NCBI GenBank assembly: GCA_036172245.1 | Contig: JAYWIR010000005.1 | Coordinates: 2,356,001 to 2,420,000, forward strand | DNA length: 64,000 bases | Direction: 5' to 3' | Origin: Raillietiella orientalis | Lineage: Eukaryota | Part shown: positions 1 to 10,093 of the stretch, one piece after another | Numbering within the stretch: position 1 is the stretch's first letter | Layout: each line of letters begins with the position of its first letter | Notes under the pieces: generated by a model | What the model saw: only the letters and a program-made list of their open reading frames with translations | What the model was told of the DNA's origin: nothing | Database searches by the model: none | Program-made: the position numbers and the translations under genes

Positions 1-3000
1 TTCGGGAGAAGCCTCACACGGGCTGATCGAAACGAGGCGGGAACGTCGCCTTCGTCTCGGATCAGCCCGGTCAACTGGAGCACAAGAGAGGCCAGCTCTG
101 TCGCGAAGCATTGAAAAAATTCCGCAGGCAGGCCGTCCTGCCCTGGCGCCTGACGTCTCTTGAGCCTTTTAATACCGGCGAGAATTTCACCGGTAGAAAA
201 AGGCTCGTCGAGGCTGATGCTCTCCTCCTCCCCTATTGCCTGGCCTCCGTCCGGAAGCAGGAGCCTCGAGGCGTCCCGCTCTGGGAATGCCCAAGCGTAG
301 AGGGAGGAATAATAGTGTTGCACGAGGTGCCTGATCGCGGGTGGGGAAGATCGCTCTCGGCCCTGGTCGTCCATCAAGCTGGCCTACCCGGATTGCCATT
401 GTTGGCGCTCGGCCCCGGCTCGATATTCGGCCAGCTGACGGACATTGGGGGTCCTCTCGTACAGGTGGTATTGTAAATAGGCCCTATGGTTCCGAGCACC
501 CTTTCCAAATCCGGGGGGCAGGCGGTGCAGGGGGAACTCCTCGCAGAACTCGCGGACCGAGGCCTTGAAGAGGTCCCAGTCTTTGAGACTGCGGAGGGTG
601 ACGCCTCTCAGGAATTCGCGAAGGTGTTCTTTCGCACCTGAGAGCCGCATCCAGTCTTCAGGCAATCGCCACGCCCTAACCGGTGGTCCTTTATCGCGCG
701 GGCATATCTCGGCGATTAACCTGGAATGGTCCGACAGCGTCGACGCAACTTTTCCTGGTTTGCGGACCCGCGAGCACAGGTCGACATCCAGAAAGAAGTG
801 GTCGATGCTGCGGTCCTTTCCCTCCGCGTGCTCCAACAAGTTGCGCGTGCGCATGGCAGCGCAAAACACGTTGGCCGTTCGTTCTTGTGCTTCGGGCTCA
901 CCTGACAGCAGACGGAGATTAAAGTCCCCAGCTATCAGGTGTGCCTTCCGCACGTTCGTATCGGCCAGCCAGTCGCGCTTCAGGGTTTCCAGCAGCCTGG
1001 TACGGTCGCTGTATCCCCCTTTTCCGCAAGGGGCGTACACGTTCGTGACGATCAGTTCGATCGAGTCGTACCAGCTGAGAATCAGCTGACCGACCCGACC
1101 GTCGTCATCGAAGCGTACGCCCTTCACGGCAGCGTCGATGGCCGGCTTCACGAAAAACGCGACTCCACAGGTGTTGCGGGCGCCGCATCGCCAATACAGT
1201 CGACCCCCCCGCGATCGTCTCGATCTCCTGGACGTCTGCCGAGGTTATCACGTGGATCTCCTGCAGCAGGGCCAGGTCGAACTCACGCAGGGTGTCGGCC
1301 GTATCGTCTGTTCCTGTCGTCGCGCAGCCCGTTGACGTTCCAACTGGCCACGCGTATTCGACGGCGACAGGCGAGCACAGGTTTTATTCCTGGGAAATCA
1401 ACTCTGCGGCGGGACGCTAGTTAGGGCAGGAGGGACAGGTGCCTCGAGCACCTGGTCCCCCTGCTCCATCGGTGACGAAGCGTCGGGCGGGTCACCCTCC
1501 GGTGGGTACGCGCCTACCTGTTGGCCCTCCTATATACGGGTGGGCTGTACAGGGTCCGCGCCGGCAGGGAGGACTTCGCCCCCCTGCTCACCCTCCTCCA
1601 TGGGGGTGGCCTGCTCGACGACTTCCGCGCGTGGGATTTCCCCCTCCGGGATTCCCACGCTGCCGTCAGCTTCCTACTTCTCCTCCTCGCTCGTGGAGAG
1701 GAGGCGCCTCCTCGGCTTTTGGGACTTGCGTCCCGACTTCCGGGGGGGTACCTCCGACGAGGAAAATGCACTTCCGGCCCCCAGGCCGCACTCACCTGCG
1801 GGCCTTCTTCGGCGGAGCCGGCCTTCGCACGGCCCTGCGTGAGGGGTTCTCACGCTCGGCCAGCGTGGCCGCGAGCTCCTCCTCCGCCTGCGCGAACGCC
1901 GCGTCCTCGCTTTCGGCGCGCGCTTCGCGCGGCTCACCCTCTGTGCAAACAGAGGGTTCGTCGTCGCGAACCTCGGGCGCGGCGGAAACGGCGAGGGGAG
2001 GCTCGTCGCCCCGGGTGGCAGCCTCGGGGACGGCAATCCGTTAGAGTGCCACCGTGCACTCGCAAAGGGTTTTCGAGCGCGGACCGGGTTTATTCGGTTT
2101 CGCTCTCTTTTCTCTCTTCGCTCTCGCGGGTTCCACGGGGGAACTTTTTTTTCTTTTCTGGCCTTTACCAGCTTCCATCCTTCTTCCTCTCACGCGTCTT
2201 CAGCGGGTTTTTCCTCCGACGTCTGGGTGGGAGGAACAGGAGATGGCGGCTGGGGCCGGCCAGTTTCGCTAGAAGGTCTTTCGACCTTTTTTCCTTTTTT
2301 GGCCTGCGTCTTTTTGGCAGCAGTTTGCACCGGGGTGGGGCGTTTGGGGCACACACGAGGTACGTGTCCCTTAACTCCGCACAAGTGGCACTCGATATTC
2401 GGGCACCGCTTGCGCAAGTGCCCTACTGCATCGCAGTATCCAAAATAGCAGTGTTTCCCCACGTAGCAGAGGTCGACGGATTCCTTTGCGACCTCCAGTT
2501 TGTGGGGCAAGCCACTGCCCTCATTAACTGTTACACGCGCAGCGGCCTGGCCTCCGAAATGGCTATTAAAGCCATCGAAAATGGTAGGCTTTGGCCACAA
2601 CGCGTGTATCTCACCGTACTTACTTAGTGCATTACTCACCGCAGATCGCGTCTTTTGGTTCGTAATGCCGGTTAGATGGACCACTACGGAGCGGTCCATG
2701 CAAACCGGAAGGATCTTCCGTCCATCCACATTCAGCGGGGTGTTAATGAGGCGCTGTGCTAACCCTACGTCTTTGCAGACGACCTCCACGCGCTGCCCCC
2801 CGCTGAGTACGCAGAGGCCGTCAAGATCCTCCTCGGGTACAGGGAAATCCTGTAGTGCCCTACTAAAAGCCCGGGCGGTGCGACCATCAAACAGGGGTTC
2901 TACCTTATAAACCAGAGATGGTTTATATCCGGAGGCCCTGTAGGCCGCTTGCTCTGCCAAGGTTTCCGCGCTCGGCGCGGAAACCATGGAGCTCCACGTC

Positions 3001-3207
3001 CTCGGCGTTGTCGGGGATGATTCCGGGGTGGACGCCCCTCATTCTGCAGGCTGTGGGGGTGGGCAAGCCTCCCCCACACCTACCTCCATCGTGGTGTCCT
3101 CAGGCATCGCTGCCATCGGACACCAACGATGTTCCACACGAACACACACAAAGAAAAAACCGCTTCCTGTCGACTCGCTCGGGAGCTCAGGAAAAGCACG
3201 TCCGCTC
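1..3207 (-). mobile_element. L1/Tx1-like non-LTR retrotransposon, subfamily B, 5' part (5' end, ORF1, APE, linker); runs off the left edge; disrupted
   Basis: 5' motif GAGCGGACGTGCTTTT (revcomp, ends ~3207). ORF 2190..2987 has two CCHC knuckles (CDAVGHLRKRC, CHLCGVKGHVPRVC). ORF 384..1151 has APE motifs NVYAP, GDFN, IDH, SDH. KAPGQDGLPAEFF is encoded near 120-160. Confidence 0.93.
1386..3116 (-). pseudogene. ORF1 (gag-like, zinc knuckle), frameshifted
   Basis: Pieces 2190..2987 and 1674..2036 are homologous to the intact ORF1 at 45275..47371; ends with ...SQE*. Confidence 0.85.
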
Positions 3208-6135
3208 GCCAAGGGATTTGGGGAAGGGCCGCGTGACGAAAGGTGCTATCTTCAGGCACGACGTTACGTGAGAACCCTCGACATGCGCAGGTTAGCAGAG
3301 TATCGAGCGGGAGCCGAGAGGCAAGCCTGGCAATCCGGGTCAACTAGCTTCCTGGACGACCATGGCCGGGAGCACTCGGCTCCTGCTCAGAAGCGCGGGA
3401 TTGTGAAGAAATTTTACTCCTCCCTGTACGCCAGGGCGCCTTCGGAGCAAGACGTCTCACGACTTCTGCTTCCGGAAGGTGCTCCAGCGATCGGGGAGGA
3501 GGAGAAAAGAAGCCTCGACGAGCCTTTCACAATGGACGAGATCCTCTCGGCCATCGGAAAGCTCAAGAGGCGGAAGGCTCCACGGGAGGACGGCCTGCCC
3601 GTGGAGTTTTACCAAACTTTTGCGGCTGAGCTTACCCCCCTGGTACAGCAACTCACCTTGCTGATTCGAGAGACAGGTGACGTTCCCACCTTGTTTCGTT
3701 CAGCAAAGGTGCGGCTCCTCCCGAAGGGAGGAGACCTAAGGAGCAAGAACAACTGGCGTCCCATCACAATAGTGAATGCGGACGCCAAGTTGATAGCCAA
3801 GATGTGGGCAGGGCGTCTGGGACGGGTTGCCAACATCTTGATCAGCCCGGAACAGCCTTATGCTGTTCCCGGGCGGAGCATGGCGGCGAACCTGATCCAC
3901 GCTTCCACATGGTTAGAGCTCCAACAAGGAAGGGGCTTATTAAGCAGCCGGAATTCCGGTGCGTCCGTTGGCGGGAGACGAAACGGTTGAGTGGGGAAGG
4001 GAGCCCTTGCGGTCGCTGTCGACTTGCGTAAAGCATTCGACAGCGTCGACCAGAATCTCCTGCTGGAGCTTCTGGAACGCTTGAGCTACCCGTCCTCTTT
4101 GTTGGCCTACCTGCGCTCCAGCTGGCGCGACGAGCTTATTAATGTTCTTGTCAGCGGGCCAACCGTGCACAGAGTACCGGTGCGTAGCGGCATACGGCAG
4201 GGAGACAGCCTGGGCCCCCTGCTCTTTAGCGCCTTTTTTGAATTGGTGCTGAGAGCGTACAGGGAGACTCTGACGCAGCTTATGCGCGATTGTCTTGGTA
4301 CGTGTGCGGTTTCGGCATAAGAGGACGATCTTCTGCTTCTGCTCCCTATGTCCACCCCGGCTGCGGCGGTCGAGGAGTTCTTCGACCTGCTGCATCGGGG
4401 AACCGGACTTACGGTGAACAGGGCGAAGTCGTCCGTGATGCCAGTTGGTGCGGCGTGGGCAGGGCAGCAGGACTGGGTCCATTTGGGGATCCCCACGGTG
4501 AGGTACTTCAAGTACCTTGGTGTGCCGTTGGGGGACTACTCCCCTGCGGAAGCGTGGTCCGGCTGCCTTCAAAAAGTAGAGACGGCGATCGGCCCGTTCC
4601 GAGGCGGCAGGTTTTTCCTGCCTGAACGGGCCGCGGTTTGGAACACGTTCGCGGCTCCTCTTCTCCGGCCCCTGCTTTCTGTTTGCCCCTCCACAGAGAG
4701 GATTAAAAAGCGGACAAAGGACCTCCTCCGTATCGCCCTTTGGGGCAACGGGAGGGCCCGAGTCCGCTCAAAGGACTTGTGCGCTCCTCGTCGGGATGGT
4801 GGTCTGGGCCTCCTGACGCTGGAGCGGCTGGAACTTCAGCTCCAGTTCCGCTTGTCGGCACTCGTTCCAGAGTTGTGGTGCACCTGTTGGTGCGTCCCTG
4901 CACGTCTCCTTCTCCAGCAAGCCACCGGCAAGACGGGACTGACGTCGTTTCTTGCACTCCGTCGCCGCGTCAACCGATGCGGACTCCAGCTACGGAGGGT
5001 GGCTGTGCTGTATTGGAAAAACCCAGGATTGGTCACCTGTCGCCCTCTGAACGGTTGTGCCTGGTTGCAGGAAACCGTTCGAACGTGGGGACAGTTCGGC
5101 ATGCAACACTCCCTACAGTAACGAAGGTTCCTGTTTGGGGGTTACAGAATTTGCACGCTCCGCGAGATTGTGGAGGATCCAAAGAAGAGAGCGTGGGTAG
5201 GAAGAACCCCCCTCGCTGCTGCGCTGCCCTCCCTGATGGAAGACCTGGACAGCGATGTTGCGGCGAAGTGGGTGGTTACAGTAACAATCTCCAGAAAGGA
5301 GAAGAATATAGGAGAGTGAAAGACGGGCCGGTTAACAGACGCTGCGACCCCGAGTACGCCTCCCAATGGACTTCTGCGCTGGGGCGCGCTGTTCGATGTT
5401 CCCATTGAACATCTGAAGTGGCCCCAGGTGCTCATGAACACTTCCGCCCTCCCCTTAAAATGGCAGGAGTCGGCTCTTTTGCTGCAGCACTGGGAACTCC
5501 CCTGCAACGCCCGCCGACTCCACTGGACCTGAGGAGCGGTGGACCCCAATTGCGTCAGGTGTGGGGAACGGGACTCACTCCCCCACCTGCTAGTGGATTG
5601 TGTTGCCCTTCGGCCCCTTTGGTTTCGCTTCGCCGCGGCCATCGGAATCCCCTGCGGCAACCCCAGGGACTCACTGAAAGCCCTCTTCGTTGCCGACGCC
5701 CTTCGGCCAGCGGCCATGTTAGCAGCTTTGTGCTGCCTACGCGGGATCGTTTCCGCTTGGAGCAAGGCTACGGCAGTACAACGCAACCAGGGTGCCATCC
5801 AGCCAGCCACCCAGTTCCAGAGGAGGGCGTCCCGATGGCCTCACCTGGATCTTTGAATACAGAAGGAGCTTGCCGGCATCCTGCAAAGGATGCAACGCCC
5901 CACCAGCAGCTGTGATCCCTTCCCTTACCCTCCCAACTTTTCTTTTCTTTTTTTGTTTGGTTTTTTGTTTTTCCCCTTCCCACTGCTGCCGTGGTGGACC
6001 GTACCGGTCTGCGAATCGGTAACCCGGCAGGCTCTGTGTTTCCTCGTGGGTGGCTGGAGCAATGGTCCAGCCACCGCACGTCTGTGTAAATGTTTATTTT
6101 ACAATAAACGCCCCGGCGAAATCCGGGTGAAAATC
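3208..6135 (+). mobile_element. L1/Tx1-like element, subfamily A, ORF2 linker-RT-CCHC plus 3' UTR (host remnant right of the 1-3207 insertion)
   Basis: KAPREDGLP, WRPITIVNADAK, DLRKAFD, GIRQGDSLGPLLF, *EDD (decayed YADD), KYLGV, CVRCGERDSLPHLLVDC. Terminal AATAAA-hairpin at 6103-6135. Confidence 0.93.
6103..6135 (+). terminator. Conserved 3'-terminal AATAAA + GC hairpin (representative copy)
   Basis: AATAAACGCCCCGG-CGAAAT-CCGGGTGAAAATC; 12 copies, each at an element 3' end. Function is inferred. Confidence 0.65.
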
Positions 6136-6666
6136 GAACGCCTTGTGGAGATCGACCGCGACCGCGAACGCACCTGCGTTCCTTCCTGCCGTAGGCGCCT
6201 GTTCTTTTTGCCTGCGGCAGTGACTTTTGCAGCAGCCTGGCTTTGCTGCGCCACAACTTCCTGCAGCTGCATCTATGTACGCGCGAAAAGGATGTTCGCC
6301 TCTATGGATCGTCCCTGAACCGCGTAGGTTTGTTTCGGGCTCACCACAGATTCCGCGATACTTCCTAACCGCGCGACCCACAGCTTGGAAAACAACTTGA
6401 CGTCCGAAGATCATGTCCGTGGCGGACATGATCTTCGCCATCGAGAAAGGCTCCTCGAGTTGATGTTTCTGCTCCTTCTGTAGCGCGGGGGCGTTTTTCG
6501 GAAGCAAGCGCTGCGCCACGGCGCGCTCTGTTGTTCTACGCGCGTACAAAAAGGAGTAAAAGTTCCAAAGAAAGCGGTTTATTTTCGCGGCAGCTGAGCA
6601 TTCCTGGCCTTGGGCGTCCAGCAAGCTCGCTGACCAGGATTGCCAGGTCTGTCGCTTAGCCCCAGC
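6136..6666 (-). mobile_element. Chimeric ORF2 fragment (subfamily D linker joined to subfamily E RT up to DLHKAFD)
   Basis: 6420-6666 matches 30975-31220; 6136-6405 matches 62750-63020. The join carries a palindrome at 6405-6437. Confidence 0.8.
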
Positions 6667-7844
6667 TCAGCCAGCATGTTGGACGAACTGGCCCGGAAAC
6701 GTTCGTCCCCGTCTGCGGTACGGAATCTCGTGCGGTGTTTTTATTTCTTTCTTTACGCCAAAACACCATCCGAACGGGACGCCTCACGGCGATTGCTCAT
6801 GAGTTTTTCCGTGGCGATAGGGGAGGAGGAGAGAGAAAGCCTCGATGAGCCTTTCACGACCGGTGAAATTCTCGCCGGTATCAGAAGGATCAAAAGGCGT
6901 AAGGCGCCAGGGGAAAATGGCTTGCCCGCAGAGTTCTTTCAGAGTTTCCCGGAAGATCTGGCCCCCCTGGTGCTCGAGTTGACAAGGCGAATCCGAGACG
7001 AATGCGATGTTCCCGCCTCGTTTCGGTCAACCAGGGTGAGGCTCCTCTCGAAGGGAGGAGACCTCAGGATACTTTGCAACTGGCGTCCGATCACGATTGT
7101 GAACACGGACGCCAAGTTCATCGCCGGGCTGCGGGCGTCGCGATTGGGGCAGCTGTCCAATTCCATAATTAGCCCGGAGCAGACTTACGCTGTTGCCGGA
7201 CGAAGTATGGAGGACAACCTCTTCTTCGCAAGCACACGGATGCACGCACAACGGAGTAGGAAAGAAGGGAAAGGGAAAATTTGCAACACAACTTTGGGTC
7301 CGCCAGTGGGATAGGGTAGTGACCCTCATGCGGGAAAGGAAGCCTTAGCAATCGCAGTCGACCTCCATAAAACATTCGACTGTGTTGACCAGGAACTCCT
7401 CTTGGATCTCCTGGATCGCATGGGCTTCCCACCCTCCTTGATTACCTACCTGCGCTCTTGCTGGCGGAACGCGATAATCTCGATTACTTCCAGTGGTCAA
7501 AAGGTGTAGGGCGTGCCGGTTCGGCGGGGCATAAGGCAGGGCGACAGCCTCAGCCCCCTGCTCTTTAGCATCTACGCTGAGTTGGTGCTGAGAGCGTACA
7601 GGGTGACTTTGGCCCCCTTGCCGAGCTCTTGCCCCGGCACGCCAGCCGTAGCAGCGTATGCCGACGATCTTCTGCTCCTCTTACCTATGTCCACTCTGGC
7701 AAAAGCAATCGGAGAATTCTTCGACCTGCTTAGCCACGGGGCCGCATTGCAAGTTAGCAGGGCAAAGTCGTCGGTGGTGCCATTTGGAGCGGCGTGGGCA
7801 GGGCAGCAGGACTATGTGTGTCTGGGGATCCCCACGGCGAGGTG

Positions 7845-7972
7845 ATTCTCAAGATCTTCTTGAGAATTGTATGTTTTCATGATTGTAGTCATTGCTTGAT
7901 GGTTTATTTGATGATTAGGTGGGGTAGGTAGTTATTATTTAAGAGGAAAATGATAGATAGGGATGGGAATGT
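7845..7972. other. ~130-bp AT-rich foreign insertion inside RT
   Basis: Interrupts the conserved GIPTAR-x-KYLGV stretch and is absent from all other copies in the window. Confidence 0.8.
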
Positions 7973-9409
7973 ATAAGTACCTTGGTGTGCCGTTGGGTGA
8001 CTACTCCCCTGCGGAAGCGTGGTCCAGCTGCCTCGAAAAAGTCGAGACGGCGATCGGCCCGTTCCTGGAAGGCAAGTTTCACTTGCCAGAACGGGCCGCG
8101 GTTTTTAACGCCTTCAAGGCCCCCATCCTCCGCCTCTTGCTTTTTGTTTGCCCCGCCCCGTGAAATCTAAAAAGCGGACGAAGGACCACTTCCGCATAGC
8201 CCTTTGGGGCAAGGGGAGGCCCCGCGTCCCTTTGAAGGACTTGTGCGCTCCGCGTCGGGACTGCGGTCTCAGCATCCTCACGCTGGAGCGTTTGGAAATC
8301 CAGCTGCGATGGCGAACCCTTGTCATCGCAGCGAAGATGTGGAGCACCGCTTGGTGCTTTCCAGCCCGCCTCCTGGCCAGGCGTGTGTCCCGATGCGAAG
8401 GAGTCGTGTCGTTTCTTCTGTGCCCAGGCCGGAAGATTCGAAGATGCGGTCTACTGCTCGGCCGCATGGCAACCACCCGGGAAGGAGAACGACTGAATGG
8501 TTTGTGGCCCCGTTAACTCCTCCGCTTGGCTGGAGGAAAATGCTAGCACCTCGGCCAAGCAGAACTAGATGTGCGAAGACCGGATGAACTGCCTGCGAGT
8601 CGGCTTTTACGCCCGCCGAACTCTCCGTGAAATTCTTGAATTTCCACTGAGTTGCACGTGAGCGGAAGGGACACTCCTTGCTACGGCGATGTCCTTCCTC
8701 CAAAAGGTGCTTAACGAAAGCCGGAAGCCGAGGTGGCAAGTCTGCTGCCGTATCGTAGACAGAGAGAAGATGATGAGCGGCTGGACCATGGGAGTTGACA
8801 GATGCGAGGACCCCTAGTCTCCAGCGTCGTAGATTAAGAAGATGAAGCGAGCTGCTCGGCATTCGATTGGATGACCTGAAGTGGCCCCCGGTTCTACTTG
8901 GATCCAGGATTCTTCCCCTGAAGTGGCAAGAATCGGCGCTTCTGTGGCTGCATTGGGGTCTACCCTGCAACGCGCGCCGCTTCCACTGGACGCGGGGAAG
9001 AGTAAATCCTGCGTGTGCCAGGTGTGGGGAGAGGGAGTCGCTCCCCCACCTCTTAGTTGAATGTCCTGCCGTCCAGATTCTTTGAGATCGTTTCAAATCG
9101 GCCCTTGGGATACCGGATGGTGGCAACGTTAGATTCGTTTACAGTCTTGTCTTCGTGCGGGACGCCCTCAGTCCAACCGCAGCCCTAAGAGCACATTGCT
9201 GCATTTGTGGTATCGTGGCAGCCTGGAGTGATGCCCAAGATGAAGACTGCATCGTAAGGGACGTCATCGAGTATGCTGTTCGCTTCCTGCAGAGAGCTAC
9301 TCGATGGCCCCATCTGGGAAAAATGAAAATGGAACTCGAAGGCATCCTGCAAAGGATGGGCCCTCCCAGCAGTTGTCTGTGATCCCTTCCCGGCCCTCCA
9401 AACTCCTTT

Positions 9410-9468
9410 TGTTGTTTTTTTGTTATTATTTTTATTATTATTATTATTATTTTATTTTATTTTTGTTT
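9410..9468 (+). repeat. (TTA)n / T-rich microsatellite expansion in a 3' UTR
   Basis: ttattatttttattattattattattattttatttt. Confidence 0.85.
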
Positions 9469-9631
9469 TCTTCCCCATCCCCTTCCACTGCCGAGGAGAG
9501 CCACACCGAACTACGAACCGGTGTCCCGGCAGGTCCGGTATTGCGTGGCCGTCAGTGAGGTCTTGTACCACGTTCTGTAATGACTGTAGACATGTTTTTT
9601 AATAAACGTTTCGGCGTACCCGAGTTGCATC

Positions 9632-10093
9632 GCCTAAACCTGAAGTGAGAAGGTTCAAGGGAAACTGGTCGCAGAACTCGCGGAGTGAGTTCTTCAAGTC
9701 GTCCCAGTCTGCGACTTACTGCAGATGGAAGCCTTGCAGGAACGAGCGAAGATGTTGCGCTGCTCCTGCGAGGCGCACCTAGTTCCTTGGCAAACGCCAC
9801 GCTGTGGAGGGTGGACCTCTACCGCGCGGGTCTATTTCTAGCACGAGCCGGGGATGGTCGGAAAGTACGGATGGTACTGCCCCTCGATTTCCCACCCGCG
9901 AACACAGGTGGTTGTCGAGCAACATGTGGTCGATCCTCGTCTCCGTCCCGGCGTCACCGGCCAACAAGTTGCGCGCGTGCATGGCGGCGCACATCTCGTT
10001 GACCAGCTGTGCGCGAATGTCGGGTGCGTTGAAGCAGGCGGACGTTAAAGTCCCCGGCAATGAGGTGCGCCTTTCGCATGTGTGCTTCGGTAA
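9632..10093 (-). mobile_element. APE C-terminal fragment, subfamily D
   Basis: KAHLIAGDFNVRLL..APDIRAQLVNE..RIDH..SDH..FPLNLLTSGLG; close to 53040-53491. Confidence 0.85.

Larger units (their letters stand above)
6667..9631 (+). mobile_element. 5'-truncated L1/Tx1-like element, subfamily B', RT-CCHC-3' UTR; decayed
   Basis: KAPGENGLP, WRPITIVNTDAK, GIRQGDSLSPLLF, AYADD, CARCGERESLPHLLVEC. Terminal motif at 9601-9631. Confidence 0.92.

Noticed and set aside
1521..2627. Long antisense ORFs (also 34442..35632, 45441..46742, 60194..61207) as separate genes
   Set aside because: They lie exactly opposite GC-rich ORF1 sequence, have no motifs, and are not kept at the same boundaries between copies.
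7842..7960. Spliceosomal intron explaining the AT-rich insert
   Set aside because: A GT is present at the left edge, but no AG lies at the point that would restore the TAR-x-KYLG sequence.
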